From assembly GCA_030649735.1 (NCBI GenBank), contig JAUSFL010000036.1:32001-96000 (forward strand): a stretch of 64,000 nt of DNA, given 5' to 3'. Source of the stretch: Candidatus Iainarchaeum sp. GTDB taxonomy: Archaea; Iainarchaeota; Iainarchaeia; Iainarchaeales; UBA10191. The position numbers were made by a program, and so were the translations under genes. Each line of letters starts with the position of its first letter. The first letter of the stretch is position 1. A model generated the notes under the pieces. It was not told where the DNA came from. It made no database searches and was given only the letters and a program-made list of their open reading frames with translations. Positions 20,935 through 30,231 of this stretch are shown in pieces.

Positions 20935-21999
20935 ATGGAAACTAGAATTTTGATTGCATCAATTGCTTTAGTGCTAATTTCAGCCACTGCAATGGCAGTA
21001 GTATCTGTAGGCCCAATCACATTTCCTTCAAACCCCGGAACAACTTACTTTGAGCCAGCTTTCGAATTTGGAGGCGGAACTACAGCAAGCCACAGAATAG
21101 CATTGACATTCAATAGCGGGGTTGGAAAGATTACTGAAGTTGCAATGGTTCCAACATTCGATAATTGCCTTCCCCTAAGTTCTAGATCTGCAACAGATAC
21201 TGCAAACTGCTCTGCCCAAGAATTCTCAAAAGACAGCAAATGCCAAGTTTACGCGCAAAAGGTAACTGCCAATGCGCCAAGATGCGTCATTAAAATTTCA
21301 TACCTTTCAGGAACAGAAACAAAAAGCAAATTTTTTGAAGCAAACAATGACCAGACAATTAAAATTATTGACGACCCAACAGGAACAATAACTCCTACTA
21401 ATTGCGCTGCTGCAATAGCCAAAATTAATGACAAACCCCTTTCGCAGGTTCCATTCTATATTGACCCAACAGTAGCACTTAAAGTCGATTTTATAGTAGA
21501 CCCAAAATGCGATTTCAGCAAGTATTCCTTGGATGTTTGGGCATTGGATGCAAGCAGTGACATAACTGCGGTTTTAAAAGATAAAAAAGCAAACCGATTG
21601 AAGCAGTTCCTTTTTGCGTCTGGCGACAAAACTAATATTTTCACAACAAAATCAATTTCAATAGCCGCCCCATTGAATAATGCAAAATATTACAAAAACC
21701 CAGAAACTGATGTGCTGCCTGAAAACAAGGCAGAAATAACCGCAAGAAACGCAAGTTTAACATTCAGCGGATTCATACAAGCCAAGTCAGGAAATAAATT
21801 TTATTTGATTGTTGAAAATGCTGCAAAGAAAGATTCTCCAATAGAGCCTACTGACTGGAAGGATTCTCAAACTATTGAAGCGACTTTCACAAAGCCACAG
21901 CCCCCGGTTTCTGGCTGTTCCACTGTTTTGCAGTGCTTGGTTGAGTTGAACCAAAATATTGTGAAACAGCTTACTGAGTTAAAAAAAAAAATTGGATAG
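20935..21999 (+). CDS. Secreted Cys-containing protein; probably the N-terminal part of a frameshifted fusion with the downstream amidase
   Basis: Signal peptide; ORF ends just after the A11 run at 21981-21991. Confidence 0.75.
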   Translation: METRILIASIALVLISATAMAVVSVGPITFPSNPGTTYFEPAFEFGGGTTASHRIALTFNSGVGKITEVAMVPTFDNCLPLSSRSATDTANCSAQEFSKDSKCQVYAQKVTANAPRCVIKISYLSGTETKSKFFEANNDQTIKIIDDPTGTITPTNCAAAIAKINDKPLSQVPFYIDPTVALKVDFIVDPKCDFSKYSLDVWALDASSDITAVLKDKKANRLKQFLFASGDKTNIFTTKSISIAAPLNNAKYYKNPETDVLPENKAEITARNASLTFSGFIQAKSGNKFYLIVENAAKKDSPIEPTDWKDSQTIEATFTKPQPPVSGCSTVLQCLVELNQNIVKQLTELKKKIG

Positions 22000-22016
22000 T
22001 TAATCCAAAGCCGTCT

Positions 22017-23438
22017 TTGACTGTTGGAATTGCCGACAATTCAACAGATTTTTCATTTGCTACTGAATTTGCGCAAGACTTGACAGTTGATGTTCCAGCG
22101 CCTGCATTGAATGAAACCCCATTACAAGTGAATATAATAGTGCAGGACTTGCCTGAAAACTCAGTGCCTTCAGTAGTTATTGAAAAAGACAGTCCAGTCG
22201 CCAAACTGTTTTCTGACGAATTCAAAAGAACAAGCCCGGATTTGCCAATCACTGAAGTTCCAAGAGAAGAGCTTCCAAAAGTTGATTTAGGCCTGCTTAA
22301 TGCGCCGCAAGCCCCAATTGTGGTTTTGAAAGTGCCTAAAGGCAACGAGGCAGAAAACCGGCAGCTTAGAACTGCAGCAGCTAACGCATTGAAGAAATTA
22401 AGCATTGCGCAAGCGCCAGTCACTCCAAGCGCTGAAGGAATCAAAGTTTTCATTGACCCGGGCCATGGAGTGAATGGAGATTCTGGCGCTAGCTTTAACG
22501 GAGTTTCAGAAAGGGAAATTGTGCTGAAAGTCGCCAAACTGCTTGATGCAGACTTGAAAGCGCGAGGGTTTTCAACAATGCTTTCAAACAGCGCTTTACG
22601 CCCGCAAGAAAGAGCGGCTGAAGCAAGCCAATTCTTCCAAGGAAGCACAGTAGCATCAACTTTTTTCCTGAGCATTCATTTGAATTCAACAGGAAGCGGG
22701 ACTTGCCCTGGAAAAAGCGAAGCTTGGGCAATGTACGACCTGCAAACCCCAGGCTCTAAATCATTTTCTGAAAACTTGGCGAAATTGCTGCAGGCAAAAG
22801 GAATTGCGGCTTCAGTCAATCCAGTTCCTGAAACTTACTCGAATTTTACAAACTTGGGAGTGCTTGAAGCACAAACTGACAATAAAGCGCTCATTGAATT
22901 GGAATTCTTGTGCAATCAGGAAAACTCAATTAAAGTCAATTCAAGCCAATGGCAGGATTCAACAAGCAAGGCGCTTGCTGAAGCCATTTCCTCGCTTTCC
23001 GGAAGCATGCTTGCAGACTCGCAAGGATTCAAGACAGTTTTTGCAACGCGTTTTGACGGCAGTTCTAACACTGCAGGAAACTGCAATAATTCTTGCGCTG
23101 CATTGCCTGACAATACTGCGTTAGGAAAATCAATTACAGTCTGCAATATAGGCAGGACAAAATGCGTGAACACTAAAGTTGGAGACATTGGGCCGTGGTG
23201 CACTAAAGATTCAGCATATGTCTTTGGAACTACCAAATCAATTGGAGAACAATTTAATGGAAAATACTGGAGAGAGCTTCCTGAATCAGTCCAAACAACT
23301 TGCGGAAACCCGATCGAATGGCCGCAGGGAAATTTGAAAAGCAATGGGGCTGGAATTGACTTGACCCAAGACTTGCTTGAACAATTAGGGATTTCTGGAG
23401 ATCCTTTAAGAGACCAAGTAAAGTGGAAGTTTGTTTAA
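22017..23438 (+). CDS. N-acetylmuramoyl-L-alanine amidase (Amidase_3) fused to C-terminal RlpA-like double-psi beta-barrel
   Basis: VFIDPGHG, SEREIVL, SIHLN, LIELEFL Zn/catalytic residues; KVGDIGPW...GIDLT DPBB motifs; frame is open from 21978. Confidence 0.85.
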   Translation: MTVGIADNSTDFSFATEFAQDLTVDVPAPALNETPLQVNIIVQDLPENSVPSVVIEKDSPVAKLFSDEFKRTSPDLPITEVPREELPKVDLGLLNAPQAPIVVLKVPKGNEAENRQLRTAAANALKKLSIAQAPVTPSAEGIKVFIDPGHGVNGDSGASFNGVSEREIVLKVAKLLDADLKARGFSTMLSNSALRPQERAAEASQFFQGSTVASTFFLSIHLNSTGSGTCPGKSEAWAMYDLQTPGSKSFSENLAKLLQAKGIAASVNPVPETYSNFTNLGVLEAQTDNKALIELEFLCNQENSIKVNSSQWQDSTSKALAEAISSLSGSMLADSQGFKTVFATRFDGSSNTAGNCNNSCAALPDNTALGKSITVCNIGRTKCVNTKVGDIGPWCTKDSAYVFGTTKSIGEQFNGKYWRELPESVQTTCGNPIEWPQGNLKSNGAGIDLTQDLLEQLGISGDPLRDQVKWKFV

Positions 23439-23719
23439 TTGCCAAGCCATTCGTAAGCTTTGCTTCTATGGAGAATGCGGGTTATTTTGACTGAATCTTC
23501 AAAGATTGAGTAGATCATTCTGTAATCGCCAACCCTAATCCTGTAAAGTATTGGATTGAAAGAACCCTTAAGCTTTAGGATATCAGCCCCGCTTCTAGGC
23601 CTGAAAGGATTTTCAGCAAGTGCATCAAAAGCCTTTTTGATTCGCTTTTGCATTTCATTTCCAAGACTGTAAAAGTCTTTCCTTGCAGACTCTGAAATCA
23701 AAACTTGCCATTTTTTCAT
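23435..23719 (-). CDS. RelE/ParE family type II toxin
   Basis: 94 aa; YRIRVGDYRMIY and ILHRSKAY. Confidence 0.9.
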   Translation of the reverse strand: MKKWQVLISESARKDFYSLGNEMQKRIKKAFDALAENPFRPRSGADILKLKGSFNPILYRIRVGDYRMIYSIFEDSVKITRILHRSKAYEWLGN

Positions 23720-23898
23720 AGGTCTTCAGCTTTGAAGAATTTTTCATTTTCCAGAATGAACTTTTGCTCTTCAAAAAAACGGCATTTTTCGGCAATTTTT
23801 ATCAGCCTGGAAATTATCTGATCGTAAGTGTCGTCCTTCTTGCCGTAAATTTTAAGCAAGTCCCTGGTTTCTTCCTTAACCAAAATAGTAGTAGCCAT
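23716..23898 (-). CDS. Putative antitoxin (RHH-like, archaeal RelB type)
   Basis: MATTILV...TYDQIISRLI; 4-nt overlap with relE start. Confidence 0.8.
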   Translation of the reverse strand: MATTILVKEETRDLLKIYGKKDDTYDQIISRLIKIAEKCRFFEEQKFILENEKFFKAEDL

Positions 23899-23952
23899 AT
23901 AATCACTAATAATCAACTATAGTGAAACATATTTATAAATATTGGCTCAATT

Positions 23953-25494
23953 CTAGCATTCGTAAGTTCTTTTTCCGGAAGTCCCAAAGCAGGCTTTTGC
24001 TTTTTTGGAAAGCTCTGTGCCTTTTGGAGTCGGGTATTTTCCATTAAGGCATGCAAGGCACAAGTCTTCCTTAGGCATGCCGATTGCTTTCACCAGGCCG
24101 TCAAAAGTCTGGTAAACCAATGAGTCGGCCCCGAGTTCCTTGCGGATTTTTTCAACTGTTTCTTCGCTTAATTCAATGCCTTCGGAGCGTTCTTCAGGCA
24201 TTGAAAGCCTTGCGGCAATCAATTCATTCAAAGTGCTCATGTCAATTCCGTAAAAGCAGGGAAAGCGGACTGCAGGGCAGGAAACGCGCACGTGAACTTC
24301 TTTCGCTCCGCCTTTTTCGCGAATGTAATTAATCAATGCCTTTCCAGTTGTTCCACGCACAATGCTGTCTTCAACCAAAAGCACTTTTTTTCCTTCAACA
24401 ATTGGCTTTACAATAGTGTATTTTTCATTCGCTTTGTCAGAGCGCGAATCTCCTTCAATGAAAGTCCTGCCGACAAAACGGTTTCTTAACAGGCCTTCCA
24501 TTGAAGCAAGGCCCAGCTCGCGCGCGAAAGAGTCAGCCGCGGGCTTTGCAGTGTCAGGCACTGGAACAACGACAAAATCACTGCTGTTTGTTTCCAAAGG
24601 CTCTATTTTTGCAAGCTCTTTTCCCAAACGCCAGCGGGTTTCATAAACGCTCACTTCATCCAAGATTGAAGAGGCGCTGGCAAAGTAAATCCACTCAAAC
24701 ATGCAGTGCGCTTTGCGCGGGCTTTTCGCGAACTGTTTTCTTTCAACAATTCCATCATGCACAATAATTAATTCTCCAGGCTTGACGTCAATGGCTTTAG
24801 GGTCTGAAAGCAAAGCGCTTGTTTCTGAAGAAACCAGGACTTTTCCATCAACTTCAGAATAGCATAATGGCTTTATTCCTAAAGGATCGCGCGCCGCAAC
24901 CAATTCTCCCTCGGCATTCAAGAAAACCATTGAGTAAGCGCCGTCAATTGCTTCTGAAACTCCCTTGAACATTTCTGCAAACTCCGGTCTCTTGTCGCCT
25001 TTCAACTGCCGCGCAAGCAAAAGCATCAATAATTCAGTGTCAAAGTTTCTCACAAAATGGTACTCTCTTTGTTCCATTTGCTTTTTCAAGTCATTATAGT
25101 TTGCAATGTTTCCATTGAATGCAAAACTAAACCACTTCCATTTCCTATTGTGATGGCGCTCGAAAGGCTGTGCAAAACTGTCGTCATCGCCCCCGCAAGT
25201 CGCATAGCGCACGTGGCCAATGCCTTTAGTGCCTGCATAGTCTTTGAGAATGTTCTCGAATTTTGGCCTTACATTTGTTGAAAAAACTTCATTGACCAGG
25301 CCGACTTTCTTGAAAGTGTCAATCAATTGAAGCCTTTCAGGATTGTAGGTTGTAATGCCTGCTGAAAGCTGGCCGCGGTTCTGAAGCCTCAAAAGCATTT
25401 TGTAAAGAATGCCTGAAGCGCTTTCTGAAGGCTTGTCGTAAGAAGGCAAAGAAACAGCAGCAATGCCGCAATTATGTCCTAAAAATTCTTCCAA
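23953..25494 (-). CDS. purF: Amidophosphoribosyltransferase
   Basis: N-terminal CG after short propeptide, QNRGQ, GHVRYAT, CMFEWIYFA, VEDSIVRGTT, CFYGID. Confidence 0.96.
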   Translation of the reverse strand: MEEFLGHNCGIAAVSLPSYDKPSESASGILYKMLLRLQNRGQLSAGITTYNPERLQLIDTFKKVGLVNEVFSTNVRPKFENILKDYAGTKGIGHVRYATCGGDDDSFAQPFERHHNRKWKWFSFAFNGNIANYNDLKKQMEQREYHFVRNFDTELLMLLLARQLKGDKRPEFAEMFKGVSEAIDGAYSMVFLNAEGELVAARDPLGIKPLCYSEVDGKVLVSSETSALLSDPKAIDVKPGELIIVHDGIVERKQFAKSPRKAHCMFEWIYFASASSILDEVSVYETRWRLGKELAKIEPLETNSSDFVVVPVPDTAKPAADSFARELGLASMEGLLRNRFVGRTFIEGDSRSDKANEKYTIVKPIVEGKKVLLVEDSIVRGTTGKALINYIREKGGAKEVHVRVSCPAVRFPCFYGIDMSTLNELIAARLSMPEERSEGIELSEETVEKIRKELGADSLVYQTFDGLVKAIGMPKEDLCLACLNGKYPTPKGTELSKKAKACFGTSGKRTYEC

Positions 25495-25555
25495 GTCGTC
25501 CCTTTAAAGTTAAGGGCATGAACAATTTAAAAAAAGCACTAATTGGCTGGAATTT

Positions 25556-26794
25556 TTAATTCCAGCGCCTTTTGCTTTGCGGCCTTTGGAAATTCCTTCC
25601 GCCAGAACTGCCGCCCCGCCTGAAGTTTCCCCCGCCACGGCTTTCATGCCTGAAACTCTTGTGAGGCGAGAATTTTGGCGCCGGAATGTCGTCTGGAAGA
25701 ATTCTTTCGTCCAATTGCTTTCCCATTAAACGCTCAATTTGGCCTAAAGTGCCCATTTCTTCAGAATAACACAGCGAAATTGCCTCACCAACGGCTCTCA
25801 TTCTGCCAGTCCTGCCAATCCTGTGAATATAATAGTTGATGTCATGCGGCAATTCATAATTGAACACGTGAGAGACACTGTCAATGTGAATTCCCCTGGA
25901 TGCAACGTCAGTTGCTATCAAAATCCTGATTTTATGGTTTTTGAAGTCTTCCATTACAGCATTTCTTTTGGCCTGCGTCAAGTCTCCTTGAATGCCGGAA
26001 GCTGAAATTCCATTAAAATTCAATTGGACTTCCAAGTCTTCCACTTGGCGCTTGGTTTTGCAGAAAATTATTGCCCTTGAAGGATTCAACTGGTTAAGCA
26101 GGAAAATCAAGGAGCCAAGCTTTCTTCCAGGCAGTATTTGGAAAAAATACTGTTTTACGCCTTGCGCGCTCTTGTCTTCAGAAACCAATTTCACGTGCTG
26201 TGGAAAGCGCATGAAGTTTTTTGCCAACTGCATTACTTCCTGCGGAAAATCAACGCAAAACAATAAAGTCTGCTTTTTTTGCCCGGTGTAAGACATTATT
26301 TTTTCAACATCCCTGATGAATCCCATTGCAAGCATCAAGTCTGCCTCGTCAAGCACAAAAAACTTTATTCTGGACAAGTCCAAAGTATGCCTGCCCAATA
26401 AGTCCAAAACCCTTCCAGGAGTTCCGACAACAATTTGCGCTCCGGCGCGGATTTTAGCGGCCTGTCCGTCAATTCCAACGCCGCCGTAAACAACAACTGA
26501 ATTCAATTTGGAAAATTTTCCTATTTTCTTAAAGTCCTCAAAAACTTGGGTTGCAAGCTCTCTTGTCGGAACCAAAACAATTGCCTGGACAAAACGCTCT
26601 TCAGTAATCATTTCCAAAATAGGTATTGCAAAAGCCGCAGTCTTTCCAGTGCCAGTCCTTGACTGCACTATCAAATCCTCGCCTTTCAACACAAAAGGAA
26701 TGGCTTTTTCCTGCACTTCAGTGAAAGTTTCAAAGCCCAAACTAGCCAAGGCCTTAGTGGTATTTTCGCTTAATTCTACATTCAATCTAAACAT
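25556..26794 (-). CDS. DEAD-box RNA helicase
   Basis: Q motif, TGTGKT, PTRELA, DEAD, HRIGRTGR; RGG-rich tail. Confidence 0.95.
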   Translation of the reverse strand: MFRLNVELSENTTKALASLGFETFTEVQEKAIPFVLKGEDLIVQSRTGTGKTAAFAIPILEMITEERFVQAIVLVPTRELATQVFEDFKKIGKFSKLNSVVVYGGVGIDGQAAKIRAGAQIVVGTPGRVLDLLGRHTLDLSRIKFFVLDEADLMLAMGFIRDVEKIMSYTGQKKQTLLFCVDFPQEVMQLAKNFMRFPQHVKLVSEDKSAQGVKQYFFQILPGRKLGSLIFLLNQLNPSRAIIFCKTKRQVEDLEVQLNFNGISASGIQGDLTQAKRNAVMEDFKNHKIRILIATDVASRGIHIDSVSHVFNYELPHDINYYIHRIGRTGRMRAVGEAISLCYSEEMGTLGQIERLMGKQLDERILPDDIPAPKFSPHKSFRHESRGGGNFRRGGSSGGRNFQRPQSKRRWN

Positions 26795-26922
26795 TCTCCA
26801 TTATTTTTCATTTATAAACAATTAACTAAGCAAAACGCACTTAAAACCAATCATTTCAAGCAAAACCAGCCAAGGGAAAAGAATAAAAAACACAAAAACA
26901 TCAATTGTTCTGGTGGAAATAA

Positions 26923-27867
26923 ATGCCGCTTTTCAAAAGAGCTCCAAAAAATGTTTTTTCAGCAATCCAGCAAAGGCAGGCGAGAGCAAACGCTTTCGGG
27001 CAAAAAATCAAAAAATTTGAGCAAAAAAACCGCCCGCGGCTTTCTGCAGCAAATCAAAAAGTCAGAACTGCCGCAAGAAAGAATGAAAAAGCGCTCTCCT
27101 CAAAAATTCGGACTGTTCAAAAGCAGGCAAGCCAGCAAATTAAGGCTGTCCAAAAGCAAGTGAAAAAAGTCGACAAGAGATTGACAAAGCTTCAAATCGC
27201 GCAAAGAGCTGCAGAAATTGCAAGAATCAAGAACAAGCTAGCGCAGGCAAAAACAGGCTGGCTTATTCCAAAGCTCAGAAGGCGCTTTTGGATTAGCCGC
27301 CTTGAAAAATTAAGGAAATACAGGCAGCGCCAGCCGCTCTTGCGGCAAATGCAAAGTCTTGAACTGAAAGAACAGGAAAAAACGCGAAAGCTGGAATTGC
27401 AAAAGCAGGCAGTAAGGAAGAAAAAAACTGCAGGAATAGAGCTTGGAAAAGCAAAATTCAAGCTTGAAAGGCAAAAGCTCGCTTCAAAAAGAGACCTTGA
27501 AAGAACACAATTAAGGAAACTGGCAAAAAACCAGGTTTTGAAAGAAAAGCTGATAGAAAAAATCCTTGCGCTCCAAATGAAAAACGTTGGCAATCCAATA
27601 ACTAACGATCAAGGCCACACTATTGCAAGGCTTGATGAAACTCCTTTCAAAAGATTCTTGCATGACATAATGAAAGCAAAAAAGACTGGCGAATTAATGC
27701 AGTTGAACTCTGTCTTGGACAATGCTGCAAGACTATTCGCTAAAAACAGGATAAGCGCGGCCTTAATTGAAATGAGCACTTCCCAAGGACTGGTTGTTAA
27801 TGGAATCATTCCAGCCAAAAAGCCGGCTGTGAGAAAAGAATTCAAAAATGCGGGGGAAGGAATTTAA
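26923..27867 (+). CDS. Highly basic coiled-coil hypothetical protein
   Basis: 314-aa K/R/Q-rich ORF. Confidence 0.65.
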   Translation: MPLFKRAPKNVFSAIQQRQARANAFGQKIKKFEQKNRPRLSAANQKVRTAARKNEKALSSKIRTVQKQASQQIKAVQKQVKKVDKRLTKLQIAQRAAEIARIKNKLAQAKTGWLIPKLRRRFWISRLEKLRKYRQRQPLLRQMQSLELKEQEKTRKLELQKQAVRKKKTAGIELGKAKFKLERQKLASKRDLERTQLRKLAKNQVLKEKLIEKILALQMKNVGNPITNDQGHTIARLDETPFKRFLHDIMKAKKTGELMQLNSVLDNAARLFAKNRISAALIEMSTSQGLVVNGIIPAKKPAVRKEFKNAGEGI

Positions 27868-27879
27868 GAAAATTCTTTT

Positions 27880-27985
27880 GCCAGTATTACCGCACTATCA
27901 GGGATAGTGCACATACTTCGGCGCTGCCCACGATGTTCAACCAATGGTTGAACAGACAGTTGACATTAGTCAACTGGAAAGGGCA
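27880..27985 (-). ncRNA. Candidate structured RNA directly downstream of tRNA-Leu 3' end (three-way junction plus long hairpin)
   Basis: TGCCC/GGGCA closing two perfect hairpins (8 and 9 bp), then GCC-AGTAT-GCACTATC/GATAGTGC-ATACT-GGC. Confidence 0.5.
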
Positions 27986-27986
27986 A

Positions 27987-28071
27987 TGCAGGGGAAGGGA
28001 TTTGAACCCTCGAAGGCACTAAGCCACTACCCCCTCAAGGTAGCCGAATTGACCGGGCTATCGGACCCCTG
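27987..28071 (-). tRNA. tRNA-Leu(GAG)
   Basis: GCAGGGG/CCCCTGC acceptor, CTACC-TT-GAG-GG-GGTAG, long variable arm, TTCAAAT T-loop. Confidence 0.93.
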
Positions 28072-28130
28072 CAGTTTAACTAATTGTTTCCAAACCTGTT
28101 TTTCTTTACTTGTTTTTGCTAAAAAGGCAA

Positions 28131-28304
28131 CGCGGGGAACGAGATTCGAACTCGCGCTCCCTTTCGAGAACACGCTCTCAGAACTTCCTTTTTGAAGTGC
28201 AACTCGTATTTATGCAGTGCCGCAAAGCATTGCAGCGTACTTTGTTACTCGCGGGCAAAACCGCGATTCCAGGCGTGCGCATTGGACCGCTCTGCCATCC
28301 CCGC
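28131..28304 (-). tRNA. tRNA-Ser(GGA) with ~90-nt intron (about 28177-28266)
   Basis: GCGGGGA/TCCCCGC acceptor, G73, CACGC-CT-GGA-A[intron]A-GCGTG, long variable arm, GCGAG-TTCGAAT-CTCGT. Confidence 0.88.
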
Positions 28305-28383
28305 AATTAAAGATTTAATTCTGCTAAAGGATTAAAAACTGGTTTTAAATCAGAATAAAAGCATTAACAATCTTAATTTTGGA

Positions 28384-29286
28384 ATGAACCAAAATTTTTT
28401 AGGAATTGGCAGGCAATTTGCTGGATTGCTTGAGGGGAAAACTGCAGTTGTCACTGGAGCAGGCTCTGGATTGGGAAAGGCAATCGCATTAGGCCTGCCT
28501 TTTGCAGGAGTGAAAGTCGGAGTCTTGGACATCAATGCAAAGGCAGTCTTTGAAGTTGCTGAAAGAATAAACGCCGAGTTTGAAGGATTTGCTTTTCCAA
28601 TGATTGCAAGCGTCAGCGATGAAGGACAATTGCAAACTGCATATGCTGGCTTTGTGAAAGCCTTTGAAAAAATCGACATTTTAGTGAATTGCGCCGGAAT
28701 TGCAAGGCTTGCCGCAGTGAATGAATTAAGCGCCAAAGACATCAAACTCGCAAACGACGTCAACATTGACGGCTATTTCTTGAATGCAAAGATCGCTTCA
28801 GAATTCATGATTAAGGAAAAATGCGGAGAAATAATAAACATCAGTTCTGCCTCAGCGCGCGGAGCTTCTGAAAACTCATCACTTTACGGAGTTGCCAAAG
28901 AAACGCAGTGCATGATGGCAAGGTCTTGGGCAATGGACTTGGGAAAGCACAACATTCGCGTTAACGCAATCCTTGCGGGCGATTTGTTCGGAGATGAAAA
29001 TTTTGGGATTGATTCTGGAATCTGGAACAAGGACTATTTTGAAAAAAAGGCAGTCGACAAAGGGCTTGTGAAAGCAGGAGACAAAAGGATTAGTGGAGAA
29101 AAACTTCACCCAGAAGTCAGGGAAATGGTCATCCAGCATTACTGCAAAAGGACTGCTTTGGGAAAACAAATAGAGTACGCTGATGTCTTGAACTTGATTG
29201 CTTTCTTAAGCTCTGGATTGGGAAGCAAAATAACTGGAGAGTCAATTGCAATAACGTCCGGAAACCCAAGCGCTTTTTCAAGATAA
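28384..29286 (+). CDS. Short-chain dehydrogenase/reductase (sugar/polyol dehydrogenase-like)
   Basis: TGAGSGLG, NCAG, YGVAK, IRVNAI. Confidence 0.9.
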   Translation: MNQNFLGIGRQFAGLLEGKTAVVTGAGSGLGKAIALGLPFAGVKVGVLDINAKAVFEVAERINAEFEGFAFPMIASVSDEGQLQTAYAGFVKAFEKIDILVNCAGIARLAAVNELSAKDIKLANDVNIDGYFLNAKIASEFMIKEKCGEIINISSASARGASENSSLYGVAKETQCMMARSWAMDLGKHNIRVNAILAGDLFGDENFGIDSGIWNKDYFEKKAVDKGLVKAGDKRISGEKLHPEVREMVIQHYCKRTALGKQIEYADVLNLIAFLSSGLGSKITGESIAITSGNPSAFSR

Positions 29287-29295
29287 AGGAATCTG

Positions 29296-30099
29296 ATGAA
29301 CTCTGAAAAAGTGCAGGAATTTTACGAAAGATTTCCCTATCCCGACAAGCGCATTGAAACAAAGGAAAACCTCCAAAAAAATGCGGAATGGATTGCAAAG
29401 CTTGCTGAAAAAAAAATCCCAGAATTAAAAGGATTTAAAATGTTGGATGCAGGCTGCGGAACAGGAGAATTCGCATGCGGTTTTGCTCTTGGCGGCGCGA
29501 AAGTCTTGGGAATTGACTTGAGCGCAAAGTCAATTGAAAAGGCAAAAGCCCTCGCAAAAAAATTCAGGCTGGAAAATGCCGAATTCAGGCAAAGAAATTT
29601 GCTGAGTGAAGAACTGCCGGAAAAAAGCTTTGACTTGGTTTACAGCATGGGCGTATTGCACCATAATCCAAGCCCAAAAGAAGCCTTCAAAAAAATTTCA
29701 AGGCTGGTGAAGCCTGAAGGAATCATTGTGATTGGATTGTACAATTCTTTCGGAAGGTTTCCAGTGCATTGCAAAAGAAGAATTGTGGAATTGCTTGCTG
29801 GAAAAGACAGCGAGAAAAAGCTTTTGTTGGCAAACAGGCTATTTCACAAAGGAAAGCCAGTGACTGAGGCAAGAAAAGCATGGCTTGCTGACAAGTACTT
29901 GCACCCTTTGGAAAAGACATTAACAATTGAAGAAGTGCTGGACTGGCTTGAAAAAGAAGGATTTGAATTCTTGAACGCAAAGCCGGAAATTCCTGAAAGA
30001 AAAAACTTGCTTTTGCTCCAGCTGGAATGGATGATTTCTGGAGAAAGCTTTTTCACAATTGCTGGAAAAAAAAGACTTAACGCGGAGGACGAGATTTGA
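29296..30099 (+). CDS. Class I SAM-dependent methyltransferase
   Basis: FYERFPYP, LDAGCGTG, FDLVYSMGVLHH; last 19 nt overlap tRNA-Ser(TGA) on the other strand. Confidence 0.9.
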   Translation: MNSEKVQEFYERFPYPDKRIETKENLQKNAEWIAKLAEKKIPELKGFKMLDAGCGTGEFACGFALGGAKVLGIDLSAKSIEKAKALAKKFRLENAEFRQRNLLSEELPEKSFDLVYSMGVLHHNPSPKEAFKKISRLVKPEGIIVIGLYNSFGRFPVHCKRRIVELLAGKDSEKKLLLANRLFHKGKPVTEARKAWLADKYLHPLEKTLTIEEVLDWLEKEGFEFLNAKPEIPERKNLLLLQLEWMISGESFFTIAGKKRLNAEDEI

Positions 30100-30164
30100 A
30101 CTCGCGTATCCTTTCGGATACCAGCTCTCAAGGCTGGCGCATTTGACCACTCTGCCACCTCCGC
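30081..30164 (-). tRNA. tRNA-Ser(TGA)
   Basis: GCGGAGG/CCTCCGC, CCAGC-CT-TGA-GA-GCTGG, variable arm TATCC-GAAA-GGATA. Confidence 0.95.
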
Positions 30165-30231
30165 AAGCTTATGAATTAATAAAAGCAAATATTATTTTAT
30201 AAGATGCCTTGAATCTTAAAAAAGTGGTAAA

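Noticed and set aside
27880-27985. Hammerhead ribozyme (three stems plus GAAA on the + strand)
   Set aside because: No CUGANGA core on either strand in the required position
28171-28275. Alternative splicing of the Ser intron to give a TGA anticodon (CT+TGAGA)
   Set aside because: No BHB supports that junction, and a separate tRNA-Ser(TGA) exists at 30081-30164
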